Source: Octopus sinensis
Lineage: Eukaryota
Direction: 5' to 3'
Assembly: GCF_006345805.1 (NCBI RefSeq)
Contig: NC_043000.1
Location: 135,594,001 to 135,658,000, forward strand
DNA: 64,000 nt
The notes beneath the pieces were generated by a model that was not told the origin of the DNA, did not search any database, and was given only the letters and a program-made list of their open reading frames with translations. A program made the translations under genes and the position numbers. Each line of letters begins with the position of its first letter. Position 1 is the first letter of the stretch. Below are positions 15,111 through 27,419 of this stretch, piece after piece.

Positions 15111-15399
15111 TAACGTAGTAAAAAATAAAAGCGCAGGTGCTGGATGATCATAGAAGATATCACTTCTATTTTCAATTCGTCCAGCACTATTTAACAACTG
15201 TCAGTATAGTTCATATAACAGATTCTAGTTTCTCTTGTTTTATATATGTGTGTGTGTATGTATGTATGTATGTATGTATGTATGTATGTATGTATGTATG
15301 TATGTATGTATGTATGTATGTATGTATGTATGTATTTATGTATGTATAAATATATATATATATATATACGCGAGAAAGAAGCAACAAGAATGGATAGGT

Positions 15400-15490
15400 T
15401 TTTAGTACGATCGTTTCATACAAGGACAGGTTTTATTAAAAGTTGCAAAGATTACAGCATATAAACGAGTCCCGTACTCATCAGCTAAAA
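15400..15490 (-). ncRNA. Type I hammerhead ribozyme motif (mirror copy in the palindrome)
   Basis: Exact reverse complement of 15705-15795. Confidence 0.85.
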
Positions 15491-15704
15491 TACATGTAAG
15501 TTCTCTAGACATCCTAGTGTTTGAGGCTATACTCATGAAGTAATGTAGATAATTAAACAGATTTCTAAAGTTCATTAAAGTTCTTTAAAGATGATGTACA
15601 TCATCTTTAAAGAACTTTAATGAACTTTAGAAATCTGTTTAATTATCTACATTACTTCATGAGTATAGCCTCAAACACTAGGATGTCTAGAGAACTTACA
15701 TGTA

Positions 15705-15795
15705 TTTTAGCTGATGAGTACGGGACTCGTTTATATGCTGTAATCTTTGCAACTTTTAATAAAACCTGTCCTTGTATGAAACGATCGTACTAAAA
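15705..15795 (+). ncRNA. Type I hammerhead ribozyme motif
   Basis: Stem I TTTTAG/CTAAAA; core CTGATGA 15711-15717; stem II GTACGGGAC/GTCCTTGTAT with a long loop; GAAA 15778-15781; stem III AC-gatc-GT (palindromic ACGATCGT); cleavage triplet GTA 15787-15789. Confidence 0.85.
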
Positions 15796-15943
15796 ACCTA
15801 TCCATTCTTGTTGCTTCTTTCTCGCTTATAATCACCCCACATTACTGTATTGTTAAATCAGTATAGTTTTTTTTGGTGCATCTAAGTTAGGTACCATATT
15901 CAAGTAAATTTTTTTAAATTACTTGAATCTTTATTGCTCTTTG

Positions 15944-16022
<79 letters not shown>

Positions 16023-16319
16023 TATATATATATAATATATATACAATATTGAATATTATCAGGTACTTCCGAATAGAAGTCAACCTCATGTAGCCAATCC
16101 AAAATCTGATACTTTTCCCAGTTTCTGAGGATTTCTGAATGATGCAAAGGAAGAAATACAGAGGGGTTAATCCGTTAATCATTATTTGCGTAGGAACTTC
16201 TGATGTCTCAGGTAATAGGTATTCTGCTTCCATATGTCTTGTATCCAAGTTTCTTCCACCATCAACTCCCTTACTAGACTCGATATTATTTGTAAACTAA
16301 GTAACCACGTTTTTCCTTC

Positions 16320-16625
16320 TTTTGCCGTCGTCATGTATCGTACGTCTGCAGCGCATTGATGCTACTACAACGAAAGTCTTCCCGATTAAATACGAGTTCT
16401 CCAGCTGCCTTACCACTCTTGTCCAACCAGCTCGTGATATTGTCCGTCCATTGCGTTCTTTGCGCGCCTCTTGATCTACAACCCTCCACTCTTCCTTCCT
16501 TGGTAATGTCTTGCAGACTTCTGCTTATTGGAATATGTCGACAATACATGAGCTTTTGCTTCATCACAACGTTCAGGAGTTGTCGTCTTTCACCTATTTT
16601 TTGTAACACCCATTCATTCATCCTT
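16320..16625 (-). mobile_element. RTE-like LINE 3' fragment
   Basis: NEWVLQKIGERRQLL...EGRVEGCRSRGAQRTQWTDNITSW. Confidence 0.7.
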
Positions 16626-16642
16626 CATTAGCCAAACAATAA

Positions 16643-16937
16643 CTGTTGTGTCAAGGGAGAGTCATTGTCTTTTAGTGCCTTACAATTTAACACACTCACC
16701 GGTAAAATTTCCACCTATTTCTTTTTTATTTTTCCAAAATTTTCGTTGCGTCTTGCAAACTTTTCAATAGTTTTTCAATAGTCATGCAACCTTTTCAATA
16801 GTCAAAACTATTGAAAAGGTTGCAAGGCACAACGAAAATTTTAGAAAAATAAAAAAAAGAAATAAGTGGAAATTTTACCGGTGAGTGTGTTAAATTATAA
16901 GGCACTAAAAGAGAATGACTCTCCCCAGACACAACAG
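16643..16937. repeat. Foldback (MITE-like) element with a 4-nt loop; shorter relative at 46074-46187
   Basis: TGCAACCTTTTCAATAGT-caaa-ACTATTGAAAAGGTTGCA at the centre; outer arms CTGTTGTGTC..GAGAGTCATT. Confidence 0.85.
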
Positions 16938-17574
16938 AATATACTTCAACACACGAACTCACATAAATAATCTTGCAAACCAAATCCCAAAACGAAATAA
17001 TAACTGTGTTTTCTCTGAAACTGGAGTGTAATTCTCCTTTTATTGATTGTTATTTTTGTTATGGTTGTAGTTTATTTTGATTTTGTCCTTTTCAAATTTA
17101 TCTCTAATTCTTGTATCCGTCATTTGCTTTCCAACTGATTCCACTTGACATTCTGGTAAATTTTGTGCAGACAAAGCTGGACATATTTCTTTGCTTGTTC
17201 AATGTACATTGTACTATCAGCAGAAAGCGCATGGCTTTTCTATTTGATAGTATCTCAACAGATGTTTTATAGTTTAGTGATTCTGTGTCATACTCACATA
17301 GGGTAACACTGGAGGAGTTCTTATTCATTGAATGTGACTTTGCTTCTGCTGTTAATTAAGCTAATTGGTTTTCTGTTAATTAAGGTATTTCCACAGTGTC
17401 CAATTAATATCCACAATACAGTCGGTAATCATTCATTTCCCGCCAATTCAGCTGTACTGAGTGTGGTACATATTGTTTCGTCCTTCTTCGGGGAGTTATT
17501 CCTCACTTGCCTGAAGTTCATGGACAAAGTTCAGTTATTGGTAGAATTCGCCTTCATTATTTTAAAATATTCTT

Positions 17575-17985
17575 GGTGGTGAGTTGGCAGAATCGTTACC
17601 ACGTCGGGCAAAATGCTTAGCGGTATTTCGCCTGCTGTTACGTTCTGAGTTCCAATTCTGCCGAGGTCGACTTTGCCTTTCATCCTTTCGGGGTCGATAA
17701 ATTAAGCACCAGTTACGCACTGGGGTCGATGTAGTCGACTTAATCCCTTTGTCTGTCCTTGTTTGTCCCCTCTGTGTTTAGCCCCTTGTGGGCAATACAG
17801 AAATAAGAATCGTTACCACGCCGGATAAAATGTTTGGAGGCACTTCTTCCGGTTTTACATTCTGAGTTCAAATACCACCGAAGTCCTTTTGGGGTCGATG
17901 AAATAAGAACCGATTGAGCACTGGGATTGATGTTTGACTAACCCCATTCCTTAAAAATTTCCAGGCCTTGCGCTTCTTGTAGAAA
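17575..17985 (+). mobile_element. SINE family B, full copy plus a tandem degenerate second copy
   Basis: Full copy 17575-17805; the second restarts at GAATCGTTACCACG. Confidence 0.85.
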
Positions 17986-18984
17986 AGTTTATTTTTAAAG
18001 ACTTTAAAGGTAGGGGGTTGGCAGAATCGGAAGAAAATAAGAAAAATTGCATCCTTGTAACTTCAGTTACGAAACTTTACCCTCCGAGTTAAATTGTTGT
18101 CAAGGTCAAGTCTGGCTTTCAGCATTCAAGTGTCGTGAAAAAAACATCAGTTCAATATTGGCTTCGTGCATATGTCAATAAATATTTTCTATTCCTTCAA
18201 TTCGATTCATTGCTTTACCTCTTCCATTACACCGTACATTCCCTTTCGTCATAGCAAAGTGCATAAGGCTGACGTTACTTTTTTTTTTCCAGGTATACTT
18301 TTAATATCATTATTTTAAAATATAATCCTCTCAGGTAAACAACCACTGTTACTTTTGGTAGGTGGGGCACTCATTCAAGGAAAATTGCCAACCAAATCTC
18401 AAGGGGCCTTCTTACATTTTAAGCAGACTGATTTTACCATATCATCATTTTACTTTTACAAGGTCTATATTGTAGCGTCCTGGGATTTCTATGGAAGAAG
18501 AGATACCTTCCTATGGCGTAATAAGCATGTCAAGTTTCTTATTTTAGTCTTAATTCAAATGTGTATGGGATCTTATCGTATTAATTTCCTGCTAATCTCA
18601 TTTTAAAATGATTTTGGAAATTTAGTATTCGACAATGCAGTGTATTGTATCTATGTTACAGGTATTACACAACTGGAAAGTGAAAATATTTTCGTGTCAG
18701 TCTTGCGTTTAGACACAATCGCATGATCACACGATTTCTTCTTGCTTAGTTTATTTTGACCTGATTGTGACCAGTTTTCCTTACATATACTTTTTGAAAA
18801 AGAATATTTGAAAATCGTTTTAATGATCGATTTTTGCACCCCTTGTGACTGATATTTGATGTTTGCTAAAGTTAATTTCGCTCTTGCCTAATAATAATAT
18901 TGCAGAGTTGCCTTATAAAAAACAATAATTATTTCTTATGCTATGCTCAAACCATTCGAGTTATGAAATAGAAATCCTCTTCCT

Positions 18985-19095
18985 CCTCTTCTTCTTCTTC
19001 CCTCCTCCTCCTCCTCCTCCTCACCACCACCACCACCACCACCACCATCATCATCATCACAACCACGACCATCATTATTGTTGTGTTTATTATTA
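18985..19095. repeat. Compound trinucleotide repeat CTT/CCT/CAC/CAT
   Basis: Direct reading. Confidence 0.9.
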
Positions 19096-19102
19096 TCATT
19101 AC

Positions 19103-19590
19103 TTGGTAGAATTGTTAGCATGCCGGACAAAATGCTGTGCGTACTGAGTTCAAATTCCTCCGTGGTCGATAAAATAAGTACAAGTTAAGTACTGAGGTCA
19201 ATGTAATCGACTAGCTCCCTTTCCCAATATTCCAGGTCTTATGCCTATAACAGAAATGATTATTATTGTTACCATTGTTGTTGTTGCTGATGTTGTTTAA
19301 CACAGCAACTTCGCTGGGGAATTTAAGAACGTATCAGCTGAGCATAACTATTAGACCAAGGAAACATTCTTCAGGCTAATAATAATAATTACGATTGTTA
19401 AGGCAGCTAGCTGTCATAATCGTTTGCGAGTCGAACAAAATGCTAATCGGCATTTAACGTTCTGAGAACAAATGCTGCCAAGGTCAACTTTGCCTTTCAT
19501 CATTTCGAGGTCGATAAAATAATATGCCAGTCAAGTGATAGTCTCAATGTAGTCGACTTTCTCCATTCCCTAAAATTGCTGACTAGAAAT
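19103..19590 (+). mobile_element. Two degenerate SINE B copies (19103-19255, 19400-19590)
   Basis: GAGTTCAAAT and GTCGATAAAATAA blocks. Confidence 0.7.
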
Positions 19591-20069
19591 TAGAAGAATT
19601 ACTATTGTTATTGATGCAATGATGAGAATAACTACGCATTCTACAAAACCCCCTGCTCAGTCATTTTTCCCTCTCGTTTCTGCTCCTCTCAGCACTTCTT
19701 TTTGTGTCCAGCACCCCCAAGCTCCGCACAAATCCCTACCACAAATCCCTTCATCATAGAAAATCATCACTCTAGAATTCCCTTCTTGCTCGTTCTATTC
19801 CTACACGTGTTGATTTACGAATGTTTAAAAGAAATAATGAATGTTAATGGCACCAATCTCACCGGTTTTATGAGGACCTGCAAAAGCCATGGGTACTGTT
19901 TTTTTTCTTCAGTCCCAGCAAGTAGAACAAAAAAAAAGCCCCAGAAAAATACATTATCAATAAAGAAAAGAAAATTTCACGACATCAATGAAAGAATGCC
20001 CCCACCATCACCTCTACTGAAACTCCATTTAGAACATTTATAAATTATACATATAAACCATAACAAATC

Positions 20070-20270
20070 ATATACATGCATGCATACATAGATACATAGA
20101 TACATACATACATGTATACATACATACATACATACATACATACATACATACATACATACATACATACATACATACATACATACATACATACATACATACA
20201 TACATGCATAAATACATGCATGCATGCATACATACATACATACATACATACATTCATACATATATATACA
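20070..20270. repeat. (CATA)n
   Basis: Direct reading. Confidence 0.9.
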
Positions 20271-21490
20271 TTTGAAACAGAGTAGAAAATAACCCTACCA
20301 TATTGAAAGTGAAAGTAAAATGTAACTGCAGAATAGCGACACCTATTGTCCTGAAGTATATAGTATCTTTTAGAGTAATCTTTAAAATAGACACTTGATA
20401 CAGCTCACACATACTTATGTATTTTGTAAATATATCAGATAAAAAAGTGTATGACAAGGAAAATACAATAGATGAGTCGGTTTATGGTGTTTTCTCCGGA
20501 CGAATAAAAATGCAAGAATTTTTGGCGAATGGGGACAGGAAATCTGACATTCATCTTGTTCTCCTGGGGATAATTGATAAAAATGATATGCAGTAGCTAT
20601 TAACAGGTGATCAAACATGATTGAGGCTTGTTTTGTCGTCCATAATATTGATAATTAGCAATTCTTTTATTGGTGTATGTACTCTTTCAGCGTGAAATTA
20701 CGGTTACCGAAATAGACTCATGGTCACAAGTTATGGAAGAAGAAGCAGACGGTTACCTCGCCTCCACTATTTCAATCGTACTGAAGTCAAGAATAAGGAT
20801 TTCTAATATTTGGTGTAATATAATCGAACGGCAGAAGAGCTTAAGGAACGTATTTTGCAGCACATTATTCCTGTTATCATAGAAACAATTCATCCTCTGC
20901 TCAACTGAATTCTATAATTTTAATTTTAAAGCAGTACCATTTTCTATTGGTGATATTTGCAACAATTTCAAGGCATTATCTCATTGTCTGTTATTGTCTC
21001 ACTAACATGTTTCTCTATTGATATTCTAAGAACCATTTTTATCTGTCAGTATTGCAATATCTATGACAGACATTGTTTCATTAGACCATATCTAGATATT
21101 GCAATATATATTGTCATTTAAAATTGTTTTATCATTGTAAGTTTCTTTGAAAACATCTACTGCCATTTACAATTTTATCATCACAAGTTATTATGGCAAT
21201 ACTTATTATTATTAAAAATCTTTTTATTACAACTTCTGTTACTATGGTAACATATTAATTCGTCATTTTTAGTCTTGTCACTGTGACAACATCTCTTATG
21301 TATCTTTTGGAAGGGTGACATTTATCACTACATGCGACCATAGACATCAAGGTGACCAATGAATATATTGTCCAGATAAAATGAATAAAAAGGTAGGAGA
21401 ATTTGATGTGCATATATGATGAACAACCAGAACAGAATTAACAGAGAAAATCAATAGATAATTAATAAATCAATATAGTATTTTGCTTAC

Positions 21491-22172
21491 CTGATGATTT
21501 TGATGAGATGTTGGTTGTGGCTGATTGCATGGCTAATGAAACGGGGTGGATGGCGGAGAAAGGGGTGGCGTAACTGGAGGAATTGATGGAATCACAATAC
21601 GGTACAGAATTGGCACCTCCACCAACGAGGCTATGTCCAGAAACGTGTCCAGCGACACCTGAGCCAAGGCCACCACCGGCACCACCACTGCCGCTGCCTC
21701 CACCACTACCGTCACTTGCACCGTTTCCACCGCCTCCACCACCACCGCCTCCTCCGCCACCGACACTACCGTTGGTCATGCTCTTCACCGACGACAGCAT
21801 ACTCCCTGTCATCACTGAGGACAGCGGTCCGGCCACTTGTGACGCTGAGTTGGCGGCATTTGTAAAGTACTCCTGTGCCACCACCGAGTCTCTTGACGAT
21901 AAAAAGTTCGCGGCCGCGGCCGCTGCACAACTCCCGTTAAGTCCTCCGTTCAGGTTCATGGATAAGTTTGACGTACCATGGTGGAAACCCCATTCGGATG
22001 CTGCTTGGTGAGCTGAATATCCAAGTCCACTGTTTCCCAGTCCGGCAGCTCCGTACATGGAAGAAAACGGCGTTTGTCTTTGGAAAGACTGTGCCAAACC
22101 ATATGTCGTTGGGAATGTGGCGGGATAATGGTGCAGAGCCGGGGCATTCATTCCGTACATCCGTTGATCCAT
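21491..22172 (-). CDS. First coding exon of a spliced gene; Ala/Gly/Ser-rich N-terminus of a probable developmental transcription factor (family not established)
   Basis: ATG at 22172-22170 in AAAATG context with an in-frame TGA two codons upstream. 682 nt open (MDQRMYGMNAPALHHYPATF...SSKSS+G), ending at consensus donor CAG|GTAAGC (intron starts 21490, phase 1). GC-rich codon-like island with poly-Ala and poly-Gly. The ORF-track tail KQNTILIY is intron read-through. Confidence 0.85.
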
Positions 22173-23107
22173 TTTTCAAGGCAATATTTGAATATATTTA
22201 TGTGTTTTTGTGTGTGTACTTATTAGGCACGTATATTTTTTCCTTTTCAAATATATTAAAAATCTATGATAAATTATAACTTATAATAACAACTATGTAA
22301 TTAATCATATATAAATATAAATACATACATAATACCACACACGTCATATATATATATGTTAGTGCGTACGTATGTATGTATTTATAAATGGATTTATGTA
22401 CGCTTGTATATATTCATGTATCTATATTTTTTTTACATAAGTATCGAAGTAGTTTTAAATTCAAAACTATATTCCTCAACAAAAGTAAAACATACACGCA
22501 CACGCATGTTTATTAAAATGTGTACTTACATTTACTGCTGTGTGTGTGTGTGTGAGTATGTATGTATGTATGTATGTATGTACACGTGCATGTATTTACA
22601 CGTAGGCATGCATTTATGTGTGTAAATATAAATAAATATAGATATATATATATATAATGACAGACAAACAGACGTACAGATACACACACGCACACAAACA
22701 CGCGAATCAGAATTACCAGTAAAAGAATGTTATGTGAAGCAATTTCTGTCTGAATAGAGTATGCTGTTGTTTCTGTTATTGTTGTTGTTGTTGCTGCTGC
22801 TGCTGTTGCTGTTGGTGTTGTTTACATATTTGAAATGATGATTCCGCCAATCTTAAACCAACCGAGATTTTGATGCATAGAAACCTTAACTCTTACATAT
22901 ATACAAACATTCAGAGACACAGCAGTACATATTTATACACATATACAGTTATATACACAGAGAAGCACAGAAATATATGGAAACACACAAGAGTAGTTTG
23001 TATGCATTCGAAGAATTTCAAACTTTTTTCTAATAAATACAATAAAAAACAAACAAACAAACAAACATATGAAACTTCCTGACTTATAAAAACAACAGCA
23101 GCAACTG

Positions 23108-23170
23108 TAATAATAATAATGATAATAATAATTAATAATAATGATAATAATAATAATAATAATAATAATA

Positions 23171-23218
<48 letters not shown>

Positions 23219-23230
23219 TAATTAATAATG
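23108..23230. repeat. (TAA)n
   Basis: Direct reading. Confidence 0.9.
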
Positions 23231-23479
23231 ATTACTATTATTATTTACAATAATAAATATGCAAAATATGAAATGATTCTGAGTGTTTCGATTTTACGTG
23301 TATGTGCGTATGATCGTGTGCTTGTGTGGATGTGTAGTTGTATGTCTTATGATGGATGTAATTGGTGTTTTTTTTTAATGAAGTTAAAATCAATAAATAA
23401 CACTAAAATAAAAGATGGTATGTAAGTAAATCTGTTTGTTACCTTTACAAGTGTCAAACCAGGTTGAAACAAGCTAAAT

Positions 23480-23514
<35 letters not shown>

Positions 23515-24785
23515 CGCGTGGTTGTTTATTCCGCAAACGATTATGGAAACTTATGTGAAAGTACGTCAGCTATGAAATAGCAACATCGTACATGTGAACA
23601 GGTACTTGTAGTAATAAACATCATTGACATCTGTGTTGGTGCCATCAAACTTGTCGGTCCGAGTTTGTAAAATTATATTCAGCGATATCGGTTTCAGAGA
23701 AATACGAGGTAGCAACGAGTGTGAAAAAAAAAAACAATAAAAACTTTCCGAAAAAACTTTCAGTAAAAATACTTTTTTTTTTTTTTGAAAACAAAAAAAA
23801 AATCTTTAAAATAGAAATAATGGATAAAATATAAAATAAAACTCTTCTTTATCATAGAAGGGTGCGTAATGTTGTGAAAAGCATAAGACTTCTCCTCCTC
23901 ACCCTTGTGATTAAGGGAAAGCCTTCTTGTTTATCTGCAATCATCACAGTGGGAGAACGGTAAAGATAGATATCCCTCAGGCTATATGTACATATATAAA
24001 CACACACAGATTCACACACGTGTGTCTTGTGCATGTATGTGTATGTACGTGTATGTGTGTGTGTGTATCCAGATATATATTGCTTTCTTTTCTCGTATTT
24101 TTCTGTTTTTGAATTTTTTTTTTTTTTTTTTGGTTGAGAGATTTTTTCAGGAAGTCTTTTTGATGGACGTTTAGTTTGAATAAAAGACAAGAAAAAAAAA
24201 AAAAAACAAAAAAAAAAAACAGGGAAAATGAAAGAGAAAGATGAAGAAAGAAAGAAAAAAAAGGAAAAATAACAAGGAATAGGGAAGAAGGGATCACAGG
24301 GAGAGTGAAAAAAGAAAAAAAAGGGGAGATAGATAATAAAGAGAAAGTCAATGAATTAAATAAGTAAGGGATGAGATTTAAAGACGAACAGACAGACAGA
24401 CAGGCAAGCCAGCAAACAGACGTGGTGGGACAACGACCGTGCCGTTACTGGTGCTTTTCATTACGATTTTCGTCTCAAAGACGATAGAATTACTTAAGTC
24501 TGAACGGAAAAAAGTTAGAGAAAGAGAAAGAGGAAAAAAAAAGAGTAAAAGAAAGAATAGAAAAGAAAAGAAGTAATTGAGTATTTGCAAGTGTGAAAGT
24601 AGGGGAAGGGAGGGAGGGAGGGAAAAGGTGGGGGTGTGGTGGGGGTGTTGGCTGGCTGGCAGAGAGGGTGTGGTGGTGGTGGTGGGGAGGGGGAGTTTTC
24701 GTCTGAAGGATGGTGGTGAGAACGTGAGCTGGAAAGGATTAAGGATAATAATGGGAGGGGGGTGAGAGGAAGAAAGAAAGAAAGT

Positions 24786-25000
24786 AAGAAAGAAGAAGAA
24801 GGAGAAGGAGGAGGAGAAGAAGAAGAAGAAGAAGAAGAAGAAGAAGGCGGCGAAGAAGAAGAAGAAGAAAAAGAAGAAGAAGAAGAAGAAGAAGAAGAAG
24901 AAGAAGAAGAAGAAGAAGCAAAAGAAGAAGAAGAAGCAAAAGAAGAAGAAGAAGAAGAAGAAGAGAAGAAGAAGAAGAAGAAGAAGAAGAAGAAGAAGCA
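24786..25000. repeat. (GAA)n within a long purine-rich tract
   Basis: Direct reading. Confidence 0.95.
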
Positions 25001-25131
25001 AAAGAAAAAAAGAATTGCAGGGAGGAGTAAAAGAAAAAAAATGGAGGGAAACAGAGGGAGGAGTTAAACGTGCAGAAAAGAGAGAGGAAGAAAACGAAGA
25101 AAGAGGAACTTAAGAAACAAGAGAAAGGGAA

Positions 25132-25163
<32 letters not shown>

Positions 25164-25581
25164 GGGGGGATGGGAGTGAAAGAGGGAGAGAGATGGAAAG
25201 TGATAACAGAAAGGGGGGAAAAAATAAATATCAATCAAAAGCAAAAAGAAACCTAGTAAATAAAAATCGCAGAAACAAACAAACTAAAAAAAAAACGTGG
25301 GAGTTATGAAAGTTGGAGCAAATGAACAGCAGTTGAGGGTAAAAATATATACTAGTGAGGAGAAAGTGAAGAAAGAGGAGTAAGAAAGAGACGGAAAGAG
25401 AGAGAGGGGTGCTAAAGAGAGAAAGGAAGAATAACTGTGAGAGCGAAAGGGGGGAAGGGAGAGAGAGAGAGTTGTTAGGAGCTGAGATATAGAAAGGTTT
25501 GAAGCGGGAGGGAGGGAGAAAGAGTGTGAACGTCAAATAACGACGATAGAAGGACACGAGGAGAGGAGGTGAAAGAGAGAG

Positions 25582-25619
<38 letters not shown>

Positions 25620-25647
25620 GGAAATAGAGATAAGTGGTGGAGAGAGA

Positions 25648-25683
<36 letters not shown>

Positions 25684-25684
25684 T

Positions 25685-26078
25685 GAGTGGCTGTGTGGTA
25701 AGTAGCTTGCTTACCAGCCACATGGTTCCGGGTTCAGTCCCACTGCGTGGCATCTTGGGCATGTGTCTTCTGCTATAGCCCCGGGCCGATCAATGCCTTG
25801 TGAGTGGATTTGGTAGACGGAAACTGAAAGAAGCCTGTCGTATATATGTATATGTATATATATATGTGTGTATGTGTTTGTGTGTCTGTGTTTGTCTCCC
25901 TAGCATTGCTTGACAACCGATGCTGGTGTGTTTACGTCGCCGTCACCTAGCGGTTCGGCAAAAGAGACCGATAGAATACGTACTGGGCTTACAAAGAATA
26001 AGTCCCAGGGTCGAGTTGCTCGACTAAAAGTAGTGCTCCAGCATGGCCGCAGTCAAATGACTGAAGCCAGTAAAAGAG
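25685..26078 (+). mobile_element. SINE family A, full length
   Basis: Colinear with 10653-11053. Confidence 0.9.
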
Positions 26079-26289
26079 TTAATCCAAACATATATATGTT
26101 ACACACACACATACGTGTGTATGTGTGTGAGTGTGTGTGAAGGCGCATGGCTCAGTGGTTAGAGCCTCGGGCTCACAATCATGAGGTAGTGAGTTCAGTT
26201 CCCGGATCGGGCTGTGCGTTTTGTTCTTGAGCAAGGCACTTCATACAATAGTTAAGGAATGTGGGTAGTAAAGAAATAGAAATAGGTAT

Positions 26290-26985
26290 TTTGCCCGTCG
26301 CTGCGTTCTGAGTTCCAATTCCGGCGAGGTCGTCTTTGCCTTTCATCCTTTCGGGGTCGATGAGTTAAATACCAGTGAAATTCTGGGATCGATATAATCG
26401 ACAAGTTTACTCCCTCGAAACCTCGGGCCTTGTGCTTATAATAGAAAGGATCATCATCATGATTATCATCATCATCATCATCATCATCATCATGATTATC
26501 ATTATTATTATTATTATTTATTATTATTATATTATTATTATTATTATTATTATTATCATCATCATCATCATCATTATTATCTCAAAATCGTTAACACGCA
26601 GGACAAAATGCTTAGTAGCATTTCGTTCTGAGTTCAATTTCCGCCGAGGTCGACATTGCCTTTCATCCTTCCGAGATTGATGAAATAAGTAGCAGTTGAG
26701 TACTGGGATCGATTTAATTTACTATCCTCCTCCTTTAAAATTCTAGCGTAGAAAGAGTTATTGCATTTTATTATGCAGAAACGGTGAGCTGACAGAATCA
26801 TTCGGGCAATGGAAAAAAATTCTTTCCGGTATTTGTTCCAGCTCTGTATGTTCTGATTCAAATCCCGACAAGGTCTACTTTTCCTTTCATTCTTTCGGGG
26901 TCCATAAAATAAAGTACCAGTCAAATTCTCGGGCCCATTATATCGATTACTTTTCTCGAATTTGCCTTGTACTTAAATTAGAAAC
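26290..26985 (+). mobile_element. Three degenerate SINE B copies in tandem around a CAT/TAT repeat
   Basis: Repeated TTCTGAGTTC..GAGGTCG..CTTTCATCCTT blocks. Confidence 0.75.
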
Positions 26986-27081
26986 CGTTAGTGTAATTCT
27001 TATTTTCGTTATGAAAAGAAATTATTTTAAAAATCAAAAGTATCATGATGATCCATAGGAATAAATATCTCATAGACTAAG

Positions 27082-27119
<38 letters not shown>

Positions 27120-27419
27120 GTAGAAATATGTTACGAAAAGAAAATATAAAATACACGTGGAAATGTAAGGGTAAAATATGAAAAATCTACGAAAATGCAT
27201 ATTGCAGATAGAAAAAGGCTTTTTATGACAGGTAGTGTCAAATATATACATTTAGATTGACTGAGGTAGTAATACGAGTCATAAAGGTCATTATTATGTG
27301 ATGATTATAAGATGATAATAAAGTAAGAGAACAAAACGAACCAGTGGTTTACTCGAAGGCTATTCATCGTTTGAACAACACCGGTTAAAAAATATATATA
27401 TATATAAATATATATTCAA

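Larger units (their letters stand above)
15370..15825. repeat. Perfect zero-spacer palindrome, 228-bp arms (head-to-head PLE-type terminal repeats)
   Basis: Centre ATGATGT|ACATCAT at 15597/15598. Position i pairs with 31195-i out to GCGAGAAAG...CTTTCTCGC; I saw no mismatch. Confidence 0.95.

Noticed and set aside
20670-20882. Plus-strand ORF with an acceptor-like TCTTTCAG
   Set aside because: No donor or recognisable protein. The minus-strand phase-1 reading between a candidate AG and GT hits a stop.
21533-22279. Overlapping ORFs 21583-22011(+), 21533-21766(-), 21937-22179(-), 21968-22279(+)
   Set aside because: Shadow frames of the GC-rich exon.
24378-25067. Long poly-F/L (-) and poly-E/K (+) ORFs
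   Set aside because: These are frames of the (GAA)n tract; there is no splice or codon evidence.
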